Assembly: GCA_022813865.1 (NCBI GenBank)
Contig: JALDZX010000004.1
Coordinates: forward strand, 496,001-560,000
Direction: 5' to 3'
DNA length: 64,000 bases
Source: Xylographa opegraphella
Taxonomy: Eukaryota
A program made the position numbers and the translations under genes. This document shows, piece by piece, positions 63,463 through 64,000 of this stretch; positions within the stretch are counted from its first letter, which is position 1, and each line of letters starts with the position of its first letter. The notes beneath the pieces were generated by a model. That model was given only the letters and a program-made list of their open reading frames with translations, was not told the DNA's origin and did no database searches.

Positions 63463-64000
63463 GTTTTACAAAGAAGACACCAGAGTGCAGCTCTTGACAG
63501 TGGGGAGAAATTAGGTAGCTCTCGTGCAGCGATGGATAAGAAACTTCCTTTTCAGGTATGTGTGAGAAGCAATAATGAGAAAAACTATACCAGTCTGCAG
63601 GTACAGGTTTATGAGAGATGATGATAGAATCGCAACTATAGAAGTTGTGTTGATTGCACTCAATTTTGAGTCATACCTCAAACACTCAGCCACCACACGT
63701 GCGAAGCGGGATAGTAATTATATCATGAGTTTGTGGACGAAGAAATGCTTCAAATACAAGGTAGGAACTCCGGCACAAGATGGTCAAAGCGATGGATGTT
63801 TCACTTCCTTGGTAGAGATTAGTCTGTGCTCGATGACAGAAGTGAGGTACGTGTCGTGACGAACTTTAGCGTCATAATACATCTTGATATATCCAGTGCA
63901 TCTTATACGAAGATTCGACGTCGCTACAGCAAGACTTCGAACTCCTTCCGAACCCAGTCAACCCATAGAACATCCCATATATACAGAATTCGTTAAGTAT

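Noticed and set aside
1..64000. Intact transposon
   Set aside because: No transposase, reverse transcriptase or integrase motifs, and no LTR or TIR pairs were seen.

Overview
Gene-dense nuclear DNA of a filamentous ascomycete (Pezizomycotina), judged from short GT-AG introns with CTRAY branch points and fungal-type orthologues. About 21 protein genes, mostly housekeeping: 3' part of a TFIIIC large subunit, UBE2J1-like E2, MFS transporter, an orphan HEXXH protein, FMP27/BLTP2, eIF4B, a Tim17-like membrane protein, CDT2, RRP5, verprolin, a conserved hypothetical protein, LSM8, EMC5, MSH5, EF-1beta, HSP78, a PSD/PsiD-like decarboxylase, UBE2S-like E2, an acyl-CoA dehydrogenase ending in SKL, a HAD hydrolase and an RtcB-family RNA ligase. 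RNA genes are an intron-containing tRNA-Ala(CGC) and an snR18/U18 snoRNA in an EF-1beta intron. The most interesting items are (1) an intronless, GC-rich, bacterial RtcB2-like ligase with an extra N-terminal domain, in a kingdom that ligates tRNA with Trl1; (2) a decarboxylase gene whose stop codon and frameshift both fall inside a candidate 80-nt new intron; (3) a probable 3-nt microexon in eIF4B; (4) a GC-AG intron; (5) sharp GC shifts inside genes. All calls come from motif recognition and manual splicing; no database searches were run.
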